From: Actinomycetota bacterium
Lineage (GTDB): Bacteria > Actinomycetota > Actinomycetes > S36-B12 > UBA5976
Length of the DNA stretch: 64,000 nucleotides
Direction of reading: 5' to 3'
Assembly (NCBI GenBank): GCA_041170365.1
Contig: JBEAYY010000026.1
Location: 5,527 to 69,526, forward strand
A program made the translations under genes and the position numbers. Each line of letters opens with the position of its first letter. The stretch's first letter is position 1. The notes under the pieces are model-generated. The model worked only from the letters and a program-made list of their open reading frames with translations. It was not told the DNA's origin and did no database searches. Shown here one piece after another: positions 1 through 9,594 of the stretch.

Positions 1-888
1 TATTAAAACATTTTCCCCAATTACACAATTATCTAATTTTGAATTTTGGCCTATATCGGAATTATTTCCGATATAAGAACCATTTAATATTTCAACATTT
101 TCATTTATCTTTGCATTTTCTCCAATTAATTTCGAAGATTTATTTTTAACTAATCCAGTATCTATTTCTCCAGTTACTAAGTCACTAGATCCTTTTATAA
201 AAGCTTGTGGGGTACCTAAATCCAACCAATAACTTTCATCAACCACACCAATAACTTTGTAATTATTTTTTAATAAATTTGGAAATACTTCTCTTTCAAC
301 CGAAACTACTTTTTCGGTAGGTATTGTGTCGATTATTTTTCTCTTAAATACATACATTCCAGCATTTATTTGATCAGTAACAATATCTTCTTCTTTTTCA
401 GGTTTTTCTAAAAATGCCAAAACATTACCTTTATTATCAGTAGGAACTAAGCCGTATGCTTTGGGATTTTTTACTTTTGTTAAATATAGAGCCACATCTG
501 CATTACTTTCTTTCCAAATCTTTAAAACATTTTTTATATCAACCCCAGTTAAAACATCTCCGTTGAAAATAACAACAGGATCTTCTGGTCCACAGGTTAA
601 AAATTGACTTGCATTTCTTATTCCTCCACCTGTGCCTAACTGCACTGGTTCATAGGCATAATCAAGTTTTACGCCCATGAAAGATCCATCTCCAAGATAG
701 GTTTTGAAGACTTCTGCCTTAAAGGCAGTTCCTAATACGATGTGATCAATACCTGCATTTTTAGCTTTAGATATTTGATGTTGAGTCACAGGAAAACCTG
801 CAACTTTTAGCATCGGTTTTGGAGTATGAATTGTTAAAGGTTTTAATCTTGTGCCGTATCCGCCTACCAACAATATTGCTTCAGTCAC
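1..888 (-). CDS. NDP-sugar pyrophosphorylase, GDP-mannose pyrophosphorylase-like (C-terminus cut by window edge)
   Basis: Absent from the ORF track because it runs off the window. The reverse complement from GTG at 888 reads MTEAILLVGGYGTRLKPLTIHTPKPMLKVAGFP...YEPVQLGTGGGIRNA with no stop down to position 1 (296 codons). It has the GxGTRL nucleotide-binding loop and hexapeptide-like repeats at the end. It resembles mycobacterial ManB (Rv3264c)-type enzymes. Confidence 0.85.
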   Translation of the reverse strand, partial: MTEAILLVGGYGTRLKPLTIHTPKPMLKVAGFPVTQHQISKAKNAGIDHIVLGTAFKAEVFKTYLGDGSFMGVKLDYAYEPVQLGTGGGIRNASQFLTCGPEDPVVIFNGDVLTGVDIKNVLKIWKESNADVALYLTKVKNPKAYGLVPTDNKGNVLAFLEKPEKEEDIVTDQINAGMYVFKRKIIDTIPTEKVVSVEREVFPNLLKNNYKVIGVVDESYWLDLGTPQAFIKGSSDLVTGEIDTGLVKNKSSKLIGENAKINENVEILNGSYIGNNSDIGQNSKLDNCVIGENVLI

Positions 889-938
889 AAGACTTCATCC
901 ACCTTTTATTTATAAAAATAAATAAAACTTAAATTACT

Positions 939-1967
939 TTAAGAACCAGGTGTTGGTGATGTTTCTGGATCAAAAGTAACTGGATAAGTTTTAGGCACAA
1001 ACAAAACCCAAGTTTGACCTGGAGCAAAAACATATGGTGTTGCTCCAACTGTGTAAGTGGTTGGATCTGTTGCCATAGCTCTTGACCAAGTAGCTTCGAA
1101 TCTTTGTCCATCTCTCATCACTATTGCTTCACCTGAACCAACAGTTTGAATCAATGGAGTTTTATTTCCATTTTTATCTTGGAAACCAGAATCTGCTAAT
1201 TGATCAACAAATTGCACAATAATGTTTTTAGCAAACAAAGGTTGGTTAGTTACCGCATCTGATGCAGGTGTTCCATCTAATGCAACTACCCAAGCATTAT
1301 TTGTGGCATCCCATTCAGCACCAACTCTTGAAGCTGGCCATTTCGCTGAAAATGAAGTTGTTTGAGTTCCACCAGTTGCTGCAACGTCTGAAAATGTCCA
1401 GCCCATATCTTTAGCACCACTCATACCTGTCAAAGTATTAGTCAAGGCATTCAAATCAACAGTTAAATTATGTGGTGCATTTTTATCTGTTTGTCTGGTG
1501 TAAAGCTTTCCATTTAAACCATGACTTGCATTTACTAAGTTTGCTTGATCGATGAGCGGTAAGAATTTTTGTTGAGCACCACTAAATGCAAAGGCAGGTG
1601 TGCCAAATTGTTCCATGATTTCTAAATCAGAAATACGTGCAGATCTGACTGGACCAACTTTGGTTGGCATACTTGAGTTATAAACTGCTGCAATTCTTGT
1701 TAAGCCAGCTTCTACTTCTTCAACAAAAATCATGTCTGCTGCAGAAATTCCCCATTGAGGTCTTGCAGGATTTACGTTGTCAATTTTTACAACGACAATT
1801 GGTCCACCTTCTCCACCAGGAAGGCCTGAGATTGGACTAATACCAGTTTTAACTGTTTCACTTGGTTCTGGAGTTGCTTCTGTTGCTGTTTCTGTTGATC
1901 CAGCACAGGCAGAAAGTACAAATGTGAGTGAAGTAAGGAAGGCAAAAGCTTTGAATTTGTTTGTCAT
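939..1967 (-). CDS. DUF3048 domain lipoprotein
   Basis: 342 aa. Signal peptide with lipobox LSAC. The core PIVVVKIDNVNPARPQWGISAADMIFVEEVEAGLTRIAAVY is typical of DUF3048 (YerB-like) proteins. Confidence 0.75.
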   Translation of the reverse strand: MTNKFKAFAFLTSLTFVLSACAGSTETATEATPEPSETVKTGISPISGLPGGEGGPIVVVKIDNVNPARPQWGISAADMIFVEEVEAGLTRIAAVYNSSMPTKVGPVRSARISDLEIMEQFGTPAFAFSGAQQKFLPLIDQANLVNASHGLNGKLYTRQTDKNAPHNLTVDLNALTNTLTGMSGAKDMGWTFSDVAATGGTQTTSFSAKWPASRVGAEWDATNNAWVVALDGTPASDAVTNQPLFAKNIIVQFVDQLADSGFQDKNGNKTPLIQTVGSGEAIVMRDGQRFEATWSRAMATDPTTYTVGATPYVFAPGQTWVLFVPKTYPVTFDPETSPTPGS

Positions 1968-2080
1968 ACTTCAAACCATAAGCGCAAACCTCTTACTCCG
2001 AAAGACCCAACTCGCCTATTTATGGGTAATGTTTCAGAAAACATAGGGTTAATTAGCGAATTCTTTCCTAAAGTGGGGAT

Positions 2081-3553
2081 ATGACAATAGAGCCTGGCCA
2101 AGTATTTAAGAGCAAATTGCGTAGATTGACCGCAATTGCCTCTGGGGTAATTCTGATCATTGCTACTGTGGCAGGAATTTTAGGTTTTGCGGCCAGAAAT
2201 TTAGCAGACAATATTAAAGCTTTAGAAGTTATCGCTTCTCCAAAACCAGTTTCTGAAAAAGGTCCATTAAATATTTTGTTAATGGGAACAGACACTAGAA
2301 CTGGACAAGGTGGTGGTTTTGGTGATGAAACTGAATTAGGAGGTGAAGGAAGAAGTGACACCACAATGCTTGTTCATCTATCTGGAGATAGAAAGAGTGC
2401 AATTGTTGTAAGTATTCCTAGAGATTCTGTTGTAGCAATTCCTGCATGCACTAAAACAGATGGCACTACAACTTCTGAAACAACTGGATTATTTAATTCA
2501 GCTTTTTCAACTGCTGGACCTGCTTGCACAATAAAAACTGTTGAAACGCTAACTGGTATCACAATTAATCATGCAGTCATAGTTGATTTCGTTGGTTTTT
2601 CTAGCATCGTGGATGCCTTAGGTGGAATAAAAGTTTGCTTAACAGAACCTATAAATGAACCAGTTGAAAATGGAGCAGGAATTAATTTACCTGCAGGAGT
2701 TCAAGTTTTAGATGGTAAAAGTACTTTAGGTTTAATGCGTGCTCGCTATACATTAGCTGATGGCAGTGATTTAAAAAGAATTGAAAGACAACAAGAAATA
2801 ATTTCAATAACAATAGATCAAATTACAGAAAAGAATTTAGTTACTGATGCTCCACAACTTTATAGAGTTCTAAATGCGGCAACTTCAACTTTGCAAATGG
2901 ACCCAGGATTAGCTGATTTAGATTCATTACTAACCTTAACGACAAGTTTATCTTCATTAGGTTCAAAGAATGTTTCATTTTTAACAGTTCCTTATGTTGG
3001 AACACCTGATGGAAATCACGTGCAATGGACAGATGCTGCAAATGAAATTTGGAGCGCAATTATTAATGACACTGGTTGGCCCCCAAATCCAAATGCCACA
3101 ACTGAACCAACTCCTGAACAAACTGCAGAAAGTGTTGAAACCATTGTGGTTAAACCAGGAGATGTATCTGTTGTGATTTTGAATGGCACCAGAAGAGCAG
3201 GTTTTGCTGCAGCAACAGGTGAATTCTTAAAAACTCAAGGCGTAAATATTGCAGAAGTTGGAAATGCTCCAAATAAAGACACAGCTGAATCTTTAATAGT
3301 TCACACTCCAGGAAATAATTTGAAAGCTCAATTAGTCGCTAAATTATTGGGAATTACAAATATTTCTGAAGATTCTGAATTACAAGGTTCAGATGTAGCA
3401 GTAATTCTTGGAAACAATGCGCCACAAACTTGGTCTGCACCAACTGAAGAAGTGACTGTTTCAACTCCAACTAATGAACCAATAGCTACCCCAGAACCAA
3501 CTCCAAGTGCAGTTTCTGCACCAACAAGTGGTTTGTTTTGCCCAATTCCCTAA
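2081..3553 (+). CDS. LCP (LytR-CpsA-Psr) family glycopolymer-peptidoglycan ligase with LytR_C domain
   Basis: 490 aa. N-terminal TM helix, then the LCP core NILLMGTDTR...GRSDTTMLVHL...VVSIPRDS. A Pro/Thr-rich linker leads to a C-terminal LytR_C-like domain (VSVVILNGTRRAGFAA). Confidence 0.9.
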   Translation: MTIEPGQVFKSKLRRLTAIASGVILIIATVAGILGFAARNLADNIKALEVIASPKPVSEKGPLNILLMGTDTRTGQGGGFGDETELGGEGRSDTTMLVHLSGDRKSAIVVSIPRDSVVAIPACTKTDGTTTSETTGLFNSAFSTAGPACTIKTVETLTGITINHAVIVDFVGFSSIVDALGGIKVCLTEPINEPVENGAGINLPAGVQVLDGKSTLGLMRARYTLADGSDLKRIERQQEIISITIDQITEKNLVTDAPQLYRVLNAATSTLQMDPGLADLDSLLTLTTSLSSLGSKNVSFLTVPYVGTPDGNHVQWTDAANEIWSAIINDTGWPPNPNATTEPTPEQTAESVETIVVKPGDVSVVILNGTRRAGFAAATGEFLKTQGVNIAEVGNAPNKDTAESLIVHTPGNNLKAQLVAKLLGITNISEDSELQGSDVAVILGNNAPQTWSAPTEEVTVSTPTNEPIATPEPTPSAVSAPTSGLFCPIP

Positions 3554-4428
3554 ATAATTGGGGGACGTAAATAAAAAGTCATTTTAAGAATCGTTTTCCA
3601 AGATAATTTTTTAGTTGCAAAGATATCTAGAACCTTTCCATCTTCCCATCCATTTTTGAATTCCGAAATAGCTTCTTTATTTCCTTTAAGTCTGAATAAA
3701 GAAATAATTTTCCAATTAAATAAATAAATTTTGGCAATAACATCAGGTAAATTTCTTCTTGCTAACAAGACTCTGTTTCTTGCCTGATATTGATAATAAA
3801 TTTTGTGTCTTTTTTCAGGTTCAACTGCAGGATGACTTACGACAATATGTCCGCTATACCAACATTTAAAACCTAAATCCCAAATTCGCCAAACTAAATC
3901 AACCCCTTCATGTCCATAAAAATATTCATAAGGCCAAAGTCCTACTTTTTGTAAAACATCTCTTCTAACAGTTGTCGCACCTTCCCATAAAGAAAAAATA
4001 TGTGAAGATCTATCTGGATTTTTTGTATTAATTCTTGGAATCCATCTTCTAGGAGTATTTAAACCATTTGGGTCTTTTGGTTGAGGTTGAATTAAAGCAA
4101 CTTTAGGCCTACTTACAAATTCTTGATAAATTTTTTCTAAAGTGTGCAAATCTTGTAAATAAACATCATCATCTAAAAAGAAAAGTAAATCACCGGTTAC
4201 CGAATTAATTCCTGCATTTCTCCCAGCTGGAATCCCTAAATTTTCTGAGATATGAACTGATTTAACATTATGTGGCAAATTCTCAGGTTTCCAACCATTT
4301 CCAACAACAACTACATCGACTTTTACATTAACTTGCGAAAGTAATGAATTTACCGCTTTTTCTAATTGATCAGGTCTTTTGCCTTGGGTTAAAACTACAC
4401 ACCCAAAATTTGGGCTTAAATCACTCAT
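3550..4428 (-). CDS. glycosyltransferase family 2 (WbbL/GlfT1-like linker-unit transferase, tentative)
   Basis: 292 aa GT-A fold with FFLDDD (DxD motif) and YFYGHEGVDLVWR, resembling rhamnosyl/galactofuranosyl GT2 enzymes. Its stop overlaps the LCP stop. Confidence 0.8.
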   Translation of the reverse strand: MSDLSPNFGCVVLTQGKRPDQLEKAVNSLLSQVNVKVDVVVVGNGWKPENLPHNVKSVHISENLGIPAGRNAGINSVTGDLLFFLDDDVYLQDLHTLEKIYQEFVSRPKVALIQPQPKDPNGLNTPRRWIPRINTKNPDRSSHIFSLWEGATTVRRDVLQKVGLWPYEYFYGHEGVDLVWRIWDLGFKCWYSGHIVVSHPAVEPEKRHKIYYQYQARNRVLLARRNLPDVIAKIYLFNWKIISLFRLKGNKEAISEFKNGWEDGKVLDIFATKKLSWKTILKMTFYLRPPII

Positions 4429-4431
4429 GTT

Positions 4432-5193
4432 CTAGCCACGAAGTCTGGAGGAAGAAAGAATTGCTACAAGATGTCCAACCACAGTTATCGCTGCTGCCAG
4501 AGTAATTATTTGTAACATTTGCGCTTCTATGGAAAATAGCCAAGAAATAAAAATAATGAATGATAATTCCATGGAATGAAAAATTCGATGAATTGGAAAG
4601 AAATTAAACAAAGATCTTAAAAAAGCTAAAATTTTATTTCTAGGAACTGCAACTTTTTTATTTTCAGATAATTTACTCAAATTCGCAAAACTTCTAGCCA
4701 CATGGACCATATCGTTAAAAACTTTATTAAAGGTAATTAAAAGAGCTAGAACTAAACCATAAATTATTTCTAATCCTGTTGAATCATTTTGAGTTGCAAC
4801 TCTGATTCCAAAAGCTATTGCAATTAAAGCTTCTGTTGAATAATGACCAAAACGATCTATGAAAATTCCTGCAGGATTAAATCTCTTTAAAACTCTTGCC
4901 ATTTCACCATCGCAACAATCAAAAAGCATTTGAATTTGGGCAAAAATTAAAGCAAGAATTACTCCATTTCTTCCAGGTATTAATAAAGATGCAGCAGCAA
5001 GCCAACCTGAAATGACCATTAACCAAGTAACAAAGGTGGGACTGAAATTAAGTGTCAAAAGTATTTTTGTTAAATAAGGGGAAATTCTTCTCATATACAT
5101 AGGTCCAGACCAATGTTCTGCTACTCGTCTATTCATAACTTCGGTTGGTTGACCAATTGATTTAATTTTCTTAATTGAATATCTAGTCATCAA
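4432..5193 (-). CDS. CDP-alcohol phosphotransferase family membrane protein
   Basis: 253 aa, polytopic. Motif D92-CC-D-G-EM-A-R-x8-G-IFI-D113-RFG-H117, i.e. the CDP-alcohol motif with the last Asp replaced by His. Confidence 0.8.
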   Translation of the reverse strand: MMTRYSIKKIKSIGQPTEVMNRRVAEHWSGPMYMRRISPYLTKILLTLNFSPTFVTWLMVISGWLAAASLLIPGRNGVILALIFAQIQMLFDCCDGEMARVLKRFNPAGIFIDRFGHYSTEALIAIAFGIRVATQNDSTGLEIIYGLVLALLITFNKVFNDMVHVARSFANLSKLSENKKVAVPRNKILAFLRSLFNFFPIHRIFHSMELSFIIFISWLFSIEAQMLQIITLAAAITVVGHLVAILSSSRLRG

Positions 5194-5926
5194 AAACTCC
5201 AGAATCTTGATGATAAGCGTTTAAAGCTTCACTGAGTGTTCCATCTACTGCAAGTGTTCCTTTTCTTAAGTAAATTCCACGAGTACAAAACTCTTTCAAA
5301 TCTTTTTCTTTGTGAGAAACCAAAAATAAAGTTTTACCTTGATTTAATAAATCTTTCATTCTTATGTAGCACTTTTCTTTGAATGCAGCATCGCCTACTG
5401 CAAGTGCTTCATCTACTAAAATTATCGGTTCATCAATTGAAGTCACAATTGAAAATCCAAGTCTAATTTTCATGCCACTAGAAAAATGTCGTACAGGAGT
5501 ATCTAAAAAATCACCAATTTCAGCAAATTCCACAATATTGTTAAATCTTTTCTTGACTTCAGCTCTTGATAAACCATGTAATCCTGCAACCAAATAGATA
5601 TTGTCTCTTGCGGTTAAATCACTTTTTAGTCCCCCAGTTAATTCAATTAATGGTGCAACTCCACCAATAACTTTGGCAGTTCCTTCATCAGGAATAAGTA
5701 CACCCGCAATGATTCTTAATAAAGTACTTTTTCCTTGACCATTTGCTCCCATTAAGCCAACGGCTTCACCTTCATTTATTTGAAAATTGATATTTCTTAA
5801 AGCCCAAAAATCTCCCTTTGGAGAAGTGTTTTTTTGTTGCAGTAATAATTCACGAACTGAAAAGTTTCTTTTTCTATTTCTTTTAAAACTTATTCCCACA
5901 TTATTAACATCAATTACGATACTCAT
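5183..5926 (-). CDS. polysaccharide/teichoic-acid-type ABC exporter ATP-binding protein (Wzt/TagH-like)
   Basis: 247 aa. Walker A GANGQGKST, signature SSGM, Walker B ILVDEAL. There is no C-terminal glycan-binding extension. It overlaps the downstream gene by 11 nt. Confidence 0.9.
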   Translation of the reverse strand: MSIVIDVNNVGISFKRNRKRNFSVRELLLQQKNTSPKGDFWALRNINFQINEGEAVGLMGANGQGKSTLLRIIAGVLIPDEGTAKVIGGVAPLIELTGGLKSDLTARDNIYLVAGLHGLSRAEVKKRFNNIVEFAEIGDFLDTPVRHFSSGMKIRLGFSIVTSIDEPIILVDEALAVGDAAFKEKCYIRMKDLLNQGKTLFLVSHKEKDLKEFCTRGIYLRKGTLAVDGTLSEALNAYHQDSGVFDD

Positions 5927-6685
5927 TTACACCTCCTTCAGAACTGTGCGTTCAATGCGTTTAAAGAAAACTACTCCGATTATAAATATTGATAGAGAAA
6001 TTATGGTTGAAAAAATAACTGCAGTAATTAAATTTGGTTCAGTCCAAAATCCAGCACGATACATGGAAATAATTCCGGTCATGGGATTGAAATATGACAA
6101 AATTTGATATTTTTCTGGAATATCAGAAATTCCATAAATAATAGGTGTTAAATAAAACATCATTCGCAATAAAATTCTTAACAAATTAGAAGTATCTCTT
6201 GCTAACACCGTTAAAGGAGCCAAGATTAGACCGATACCTGAAAGCAATAAAAATTGTAAAACGATAGCTAAAATAATCCAAAATATTTGAAGATTTACAT
6301 TTTGTTGAGTAATCAAGGTAATAATAATTAAAATAGGAAATGCTAAAAGAAATTCAGTTCCTTTAGCACCAATACATTTAATTACCCAAAGATATCTAGG
6401 TATGGCAATTGATCTAACCATTTTACTTTCTACAACTAAAGATCTTGCTGAATCTGTAACAGAACCGTTAAACCAGGTCCAGGAAAGTATTCCAGTTAGT
6501 AAAAATAAAATATAAGGTTGTTCACCAATATTTTTTGCACCAACTATTTGAGTAAAAACTAACCAGTAAATAAATGCCATTGCTAAAGGATCTAAAAGAG
6601 TCCACAAATATCCAAGCCATGTTCCGGCATATCTAATTTGTAAATCTCGATAAATCAAAATCCGCAAAGCGCCAAACTTACCCAA
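5927..6685 (-). CDS. ABC-2 type exporter permease (Wzm/TagG-like)
   Basis: 252 aa with about six TM helices. It directly abuts the ATPase gene (5926/5927). Confidence 0.85.
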   Translation of the reverse strand: MGKFGALRILIYRDLQIRYAGTWLGYLWTLLDPLAMAFIYWLVFTQIVGAKNIGEQPYILFLLTGILSWTWFNGSVTDSARSLVVESKMVRSIAIPRYLWVIKCIGAKGTEFLLAFPILIIITLITQQNVNLQIFWIILAIVLQFLLLSGIGLILAPLTVLARDTSNLLRILLRMMFYLTPIIYGISDIPEKYQILSYFNPMTGIISMYRAGFWTEPNLITAVIFSTIISLSIFIIGVVFFKRIERTVLKEV

Positions 6686-6735
6686 AGGGTTCGTTCTCCT
6701 CCACGCTTATCAGTGTGATCGCGTTATATCCAAGA

Positions 6736-7713
6736 TTACAGGCGCTTAGTTGGTTTTAAGAAACCAACGCCCCACGATAAATGCATTGTAGGTAAAACTA
6801 GAAATAAAAGTAATCGACTTTTTAGACTTATTTTTCCTTTTATAGAAATAAATCCAAGAATTAAAACCGCAAGGTAGCTAAATATTGCAAGCCAACCTAT
6901 ATTAAAGAAATTATTTTTTGTAAAAATATTTAACAGAATTAAAATTAATCCCGTTACTAAACCAGCAACTGTTATAGGAGGTGCTAGATAACGCAATGAA
7001 ATAGTCTCAGGATATTTTTTAGTAACCTGTTTTCTCCATTGCCCATATTCAAAATATTGTTTGGCTAAAGCTTTTATGTTTGGACGTGGCCTGTAACTAA
7101 CTACTAATTTTGGATTAAACCAAATTTTTCCACCAGTTTTTCTTATTCGATAATTTAATTCCCAATCTTGAGCTCTAACAAATGATTCGTCAAAATATCC
7201 AACTCTTTCCAATGCACTTTTTCTAAAAGTTCCTAAATAAACTGTGTCGACTTCTCCAGCAGTTCCGCCAACATGAAATGGTGCATTACCTACTCCAAAT
7301 TTAGAAGTCATCGCTGCTGCTACAGATTTTTCAAAATTTGAAATACCCTCTGCTTGCATTAAGCCTCCGACATTATCTGCTTGAGTTTCCAAAAGTGTTG
7401 AAACTGCGTTTTCTAAATAATTTTTATCAACGATGGCATGTCCATCTAAACGAACAATAATGTCAAACTTTGAAGTCTTAATTGCTTCATTTAAAGCAGA
7501 CGCGGTTTTCCCTGAAGGATTATTTATTAATTTAACTCGTGAATCTTTAGCCAAATCTTTTGCAACATCGTTTGTATTATCCCTTGAAGGTCCCAATGCC
7601 AAGATAACTTCAAATTCAGACTCATAATTTTGATTCAAAATGGCACTTACGGCTTGATACAAAAGTCGTTCTTCATTAAGGACTGGAATTATCACCGAAA
7701 CCGCAGGTTTCAT
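6736..7713 (-). CDS. glycosyltransferase family 2 with C-terminal membrane anchor
   Basis: 325 aa. N-terminal GT-A domain (VSVIIPVLNEE, IVRLDGH, RAQDWELNYR) followed by three C-terminal TM helices. Confidence 0.85.
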   Translation of the reverse strand: MKPAVSVIIPVLNEERLLYQAVSAILNQNYESEFEVILALGPSRDNTNDVAKDLAKDSRVKLINNPSGKTASALNEAIKTSKFDIIVRLDGHAIVDKNYLENAVSTLLETQADNVGGLMQAEGISNFEKSVAAAMTSKFGVGNAPFHVGGTAGEVDTVYLGTFRKSALERVGYFDESFVRAQDWELNYRIRKTGGKIWFNPKLVVSYRPRPNIKALAKQYFEYGQWRKQVTKKYPETISLRYLAPPITVAGLVTGLILILLNIFTKNNFFNIGWLAIFSYLAVLILGFISIKGKISLKSRLLLFLVLPTMHLSWGVGFLKPTKRL

Positions 7714-7772
7714 ATAGATATCCCACCTTTTTCTTAAATCTATATAGCAACGCTAGTCGAATATAAATAAAA

Positions 7773-8837
7773 ATGTTGTTACTTAATCATACGATTGTCT
7801 GCGTGGATAACAAAAAAGGTTTACCTGAGGATTGGTATCAGGATTCTTCAACGTCAAAGCAAAAATCCGGTCGAAAACCAACCAATATCTCTAAACCAAA
7901 AATCTTTCTAATACTTCTTGCTTCATTAGGTGTCTGGTTTATCTTTCTTCTTTTAGTAGCTTTATTTCAACTAAACAAGATCGAACTTGTCAGAAATGAA
8001 ACAGCAATTCCAAAATCACCAGGAAGAACTTGGTTATTAATTGGAAGTGATTCCAGAGACGATATTGATAATCCTGTATTAGAGGGTGCTCCACTTGGAA
8101 AATTTGAAGGACAAAGAAGCGACACGATTTTAATCATGAGTGTTCCAAAAATTGGCACACCACTTCAACTTACAAGTATTCCCAGAGACTTATTAGTAAC
8201 AATTCCTGCTCATGGAGAAACTGGTGAAAAGAAAAATAAAATAAATGCTGCTTATGCATTTGGTGGACCAAGTCTTTCATTGAATACTGTCGAAAATTTG
8301 GTTGGCGTGCAAATGGATAACTATGCAGAAATTGGTTTTGCTGGATTGGTAAATGTTGTAAACAGTTTTAATGGCATAACAGTTTGTCCAAGCCAAGATT
8401 TTGAAGATAAAAAATCGGGCCTATATATAAAACAAGGTTGTCAAACCGTAGATGGTTTAACAGCCCTTGCTTATGCTCGAATGCGCTATGCAGATCCCAA
8501 AGGTGATATTGGACGAACCGAAAGACAACAAGAAGTTGTAAAACAAATAATGAAAAAATCTCTATCGCCATTTACTTTGTTAAATCCAATAAGAGCACCT
8601 CAAACAGTTTCTGCACTTGCCAATGCAATTTCTGTTAATCAAGGAGTTGGACCTTTTGATTTAATTCCTCTTGCTTTTGCTCTAAGAAGTGGTGGAATTG
8701 AATCTCAAACGCTTCCAAATAAATCAGGTGGAAATGTTGGAGACTTAGGTTCAGTAAGAAAACTAACTGATAATGCTCAAGAAGTTTTCAAAGCTTTACA
8801 AGAAGGATCTAAAATTCCTGTATTTGAAAGTGAATAA
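7773..8837 (+). CDS. LCP (LytR-CpsA-Psr) family protein, second copy
   Basis: 354 aa. TM helix, then WLLIGSDSRD...QRSDTILIMSV...LTSIPRDL...RYADPKGDIGRTERQQEV. It has no LytR_C domain. Confidence 0.9.
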   Translation: MLLLNHTIVCVDNKKGLPEDWYQDSSTSKQKSGRKPTNISKPKIFLILLASLGVWFIFLLLVALFQLNKIELVRNETAIPKSPGRTWLLIGSDSRDDIDNPVLEGAPLGKFEGQRSDTILIMSVPKIGTPLQLTSIPRDLLVTIPAHGETGEKKNKINAAYAFGGPSLSLNTVENLVGVQMDNYAEIGFAGLVNVVNSFNGITVCPSQDFEDKKSGLYIKQGCQTVDGLTALAYARMRYADPKGDIGRTERQQEVVKQIMKKSLSPFTLLNPIRAPQTVSALANAISVNQGVGPFDLIPLAFALRSGGIESQTLPNKSGGNVGDLGSVRKLTDNAQEVFKALQEGSKIPVFESE

Positions 8838-9593
8838 TTATTCAGTAATTTTGCCGTTCAAATAATCGGCCGCATGGTGGGTTCTTTCAAGTAAATCTTT
8901 TGTGATTTTTCCTTTTAAACTCACATGTCCAATGACTTCATTAAATTTCATTTCTTTTTGATACAAATGAACCTTTAACTCTGGATCTCTTGCCATTATG
9001 TGTAAAAACGGTCTATACATATCTGAATAATTTCCACCAATTACATTTACAGTCACAACTTTTTCATCAAGTAATTTAGGGCTTCCTAAAGGCAAATTGA
9101 GTAATCCCCTTATGTGATTTTCAAATATTGAAGTATTAGCGCCATCTAATGTCCATAAACTTAAAAAAGTTGGTAATGAATTAATTTTACATAACTCATT
9201 TGTTGTATTAGAAAAAACTACTTCGATAGCGCCTTCTAAATTAATTTTTGAAGCTAATTTAATTGCTTCTGATTGTAAACTTGAAGCTTTTGTATCACTT
9301 AAATTAATTGCAGGAGTTATGACTTCATGTTCGATGAAACTTGCAACTGGATAGACCACAATTTGACCTTGCTTAGATCTTGCAACAGTTACTACAAATC
9401 CTGAACTTTCCTCTTTAAAATTTAAATCAATTTTATCAAGTTTTATTGCTTGAGAGGAAATTAAAAAATCGAATTTATTATCAATTTTATTAATAATTTC
9501 GTAACTAATATTTAATTGTTGTAAATATATCTCGTAATATTTAAAGAATTCCACTGAATTCAATGCAGCTACTTTTGGCGAATAATTGTTCAT
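8838..9593 (-). CDS. PurK-like protein, truncated and catalytically degenerate (possible pseudoenzyme or relic)
   Basis: 251 aa versus roughly 380 aa for PurK. The C-terminal half is colinear with PurK (SIFENHIRGLLNLPLG, VTVNVIGG, KVHLYQKEMKFNEVIGHVSL). The active-site stretch reads KINSLPTFLSLW where PurK has NELAPRxHNSGHW, and the N-terminal ATP-grasp part is missing. Confidence 0.6.
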   Translation of the reverse strand: MNNYSPKVAALNSVEFFKYYEIYLQQLNISYEIINKIDNKFDFLISSQAIKLDKIDLNFKEESSGFVVTVARSKQGQIVVYPVASFIEHEVITPAINLSDTKASSLQSEAIKLASKINLEGAIEVVFSNTTNELCKINSLPTFLSLWTLDGANTSIFENHIRGLLNLPLGSPKLLDEKVVTVNVIGGNYSDMYRPFLHIMARDPELKVHLYQKEMKFNEVIGHVSLKGKITKDLLERTHHAADYLNGKITE

Positions 9594-9594
9594 A

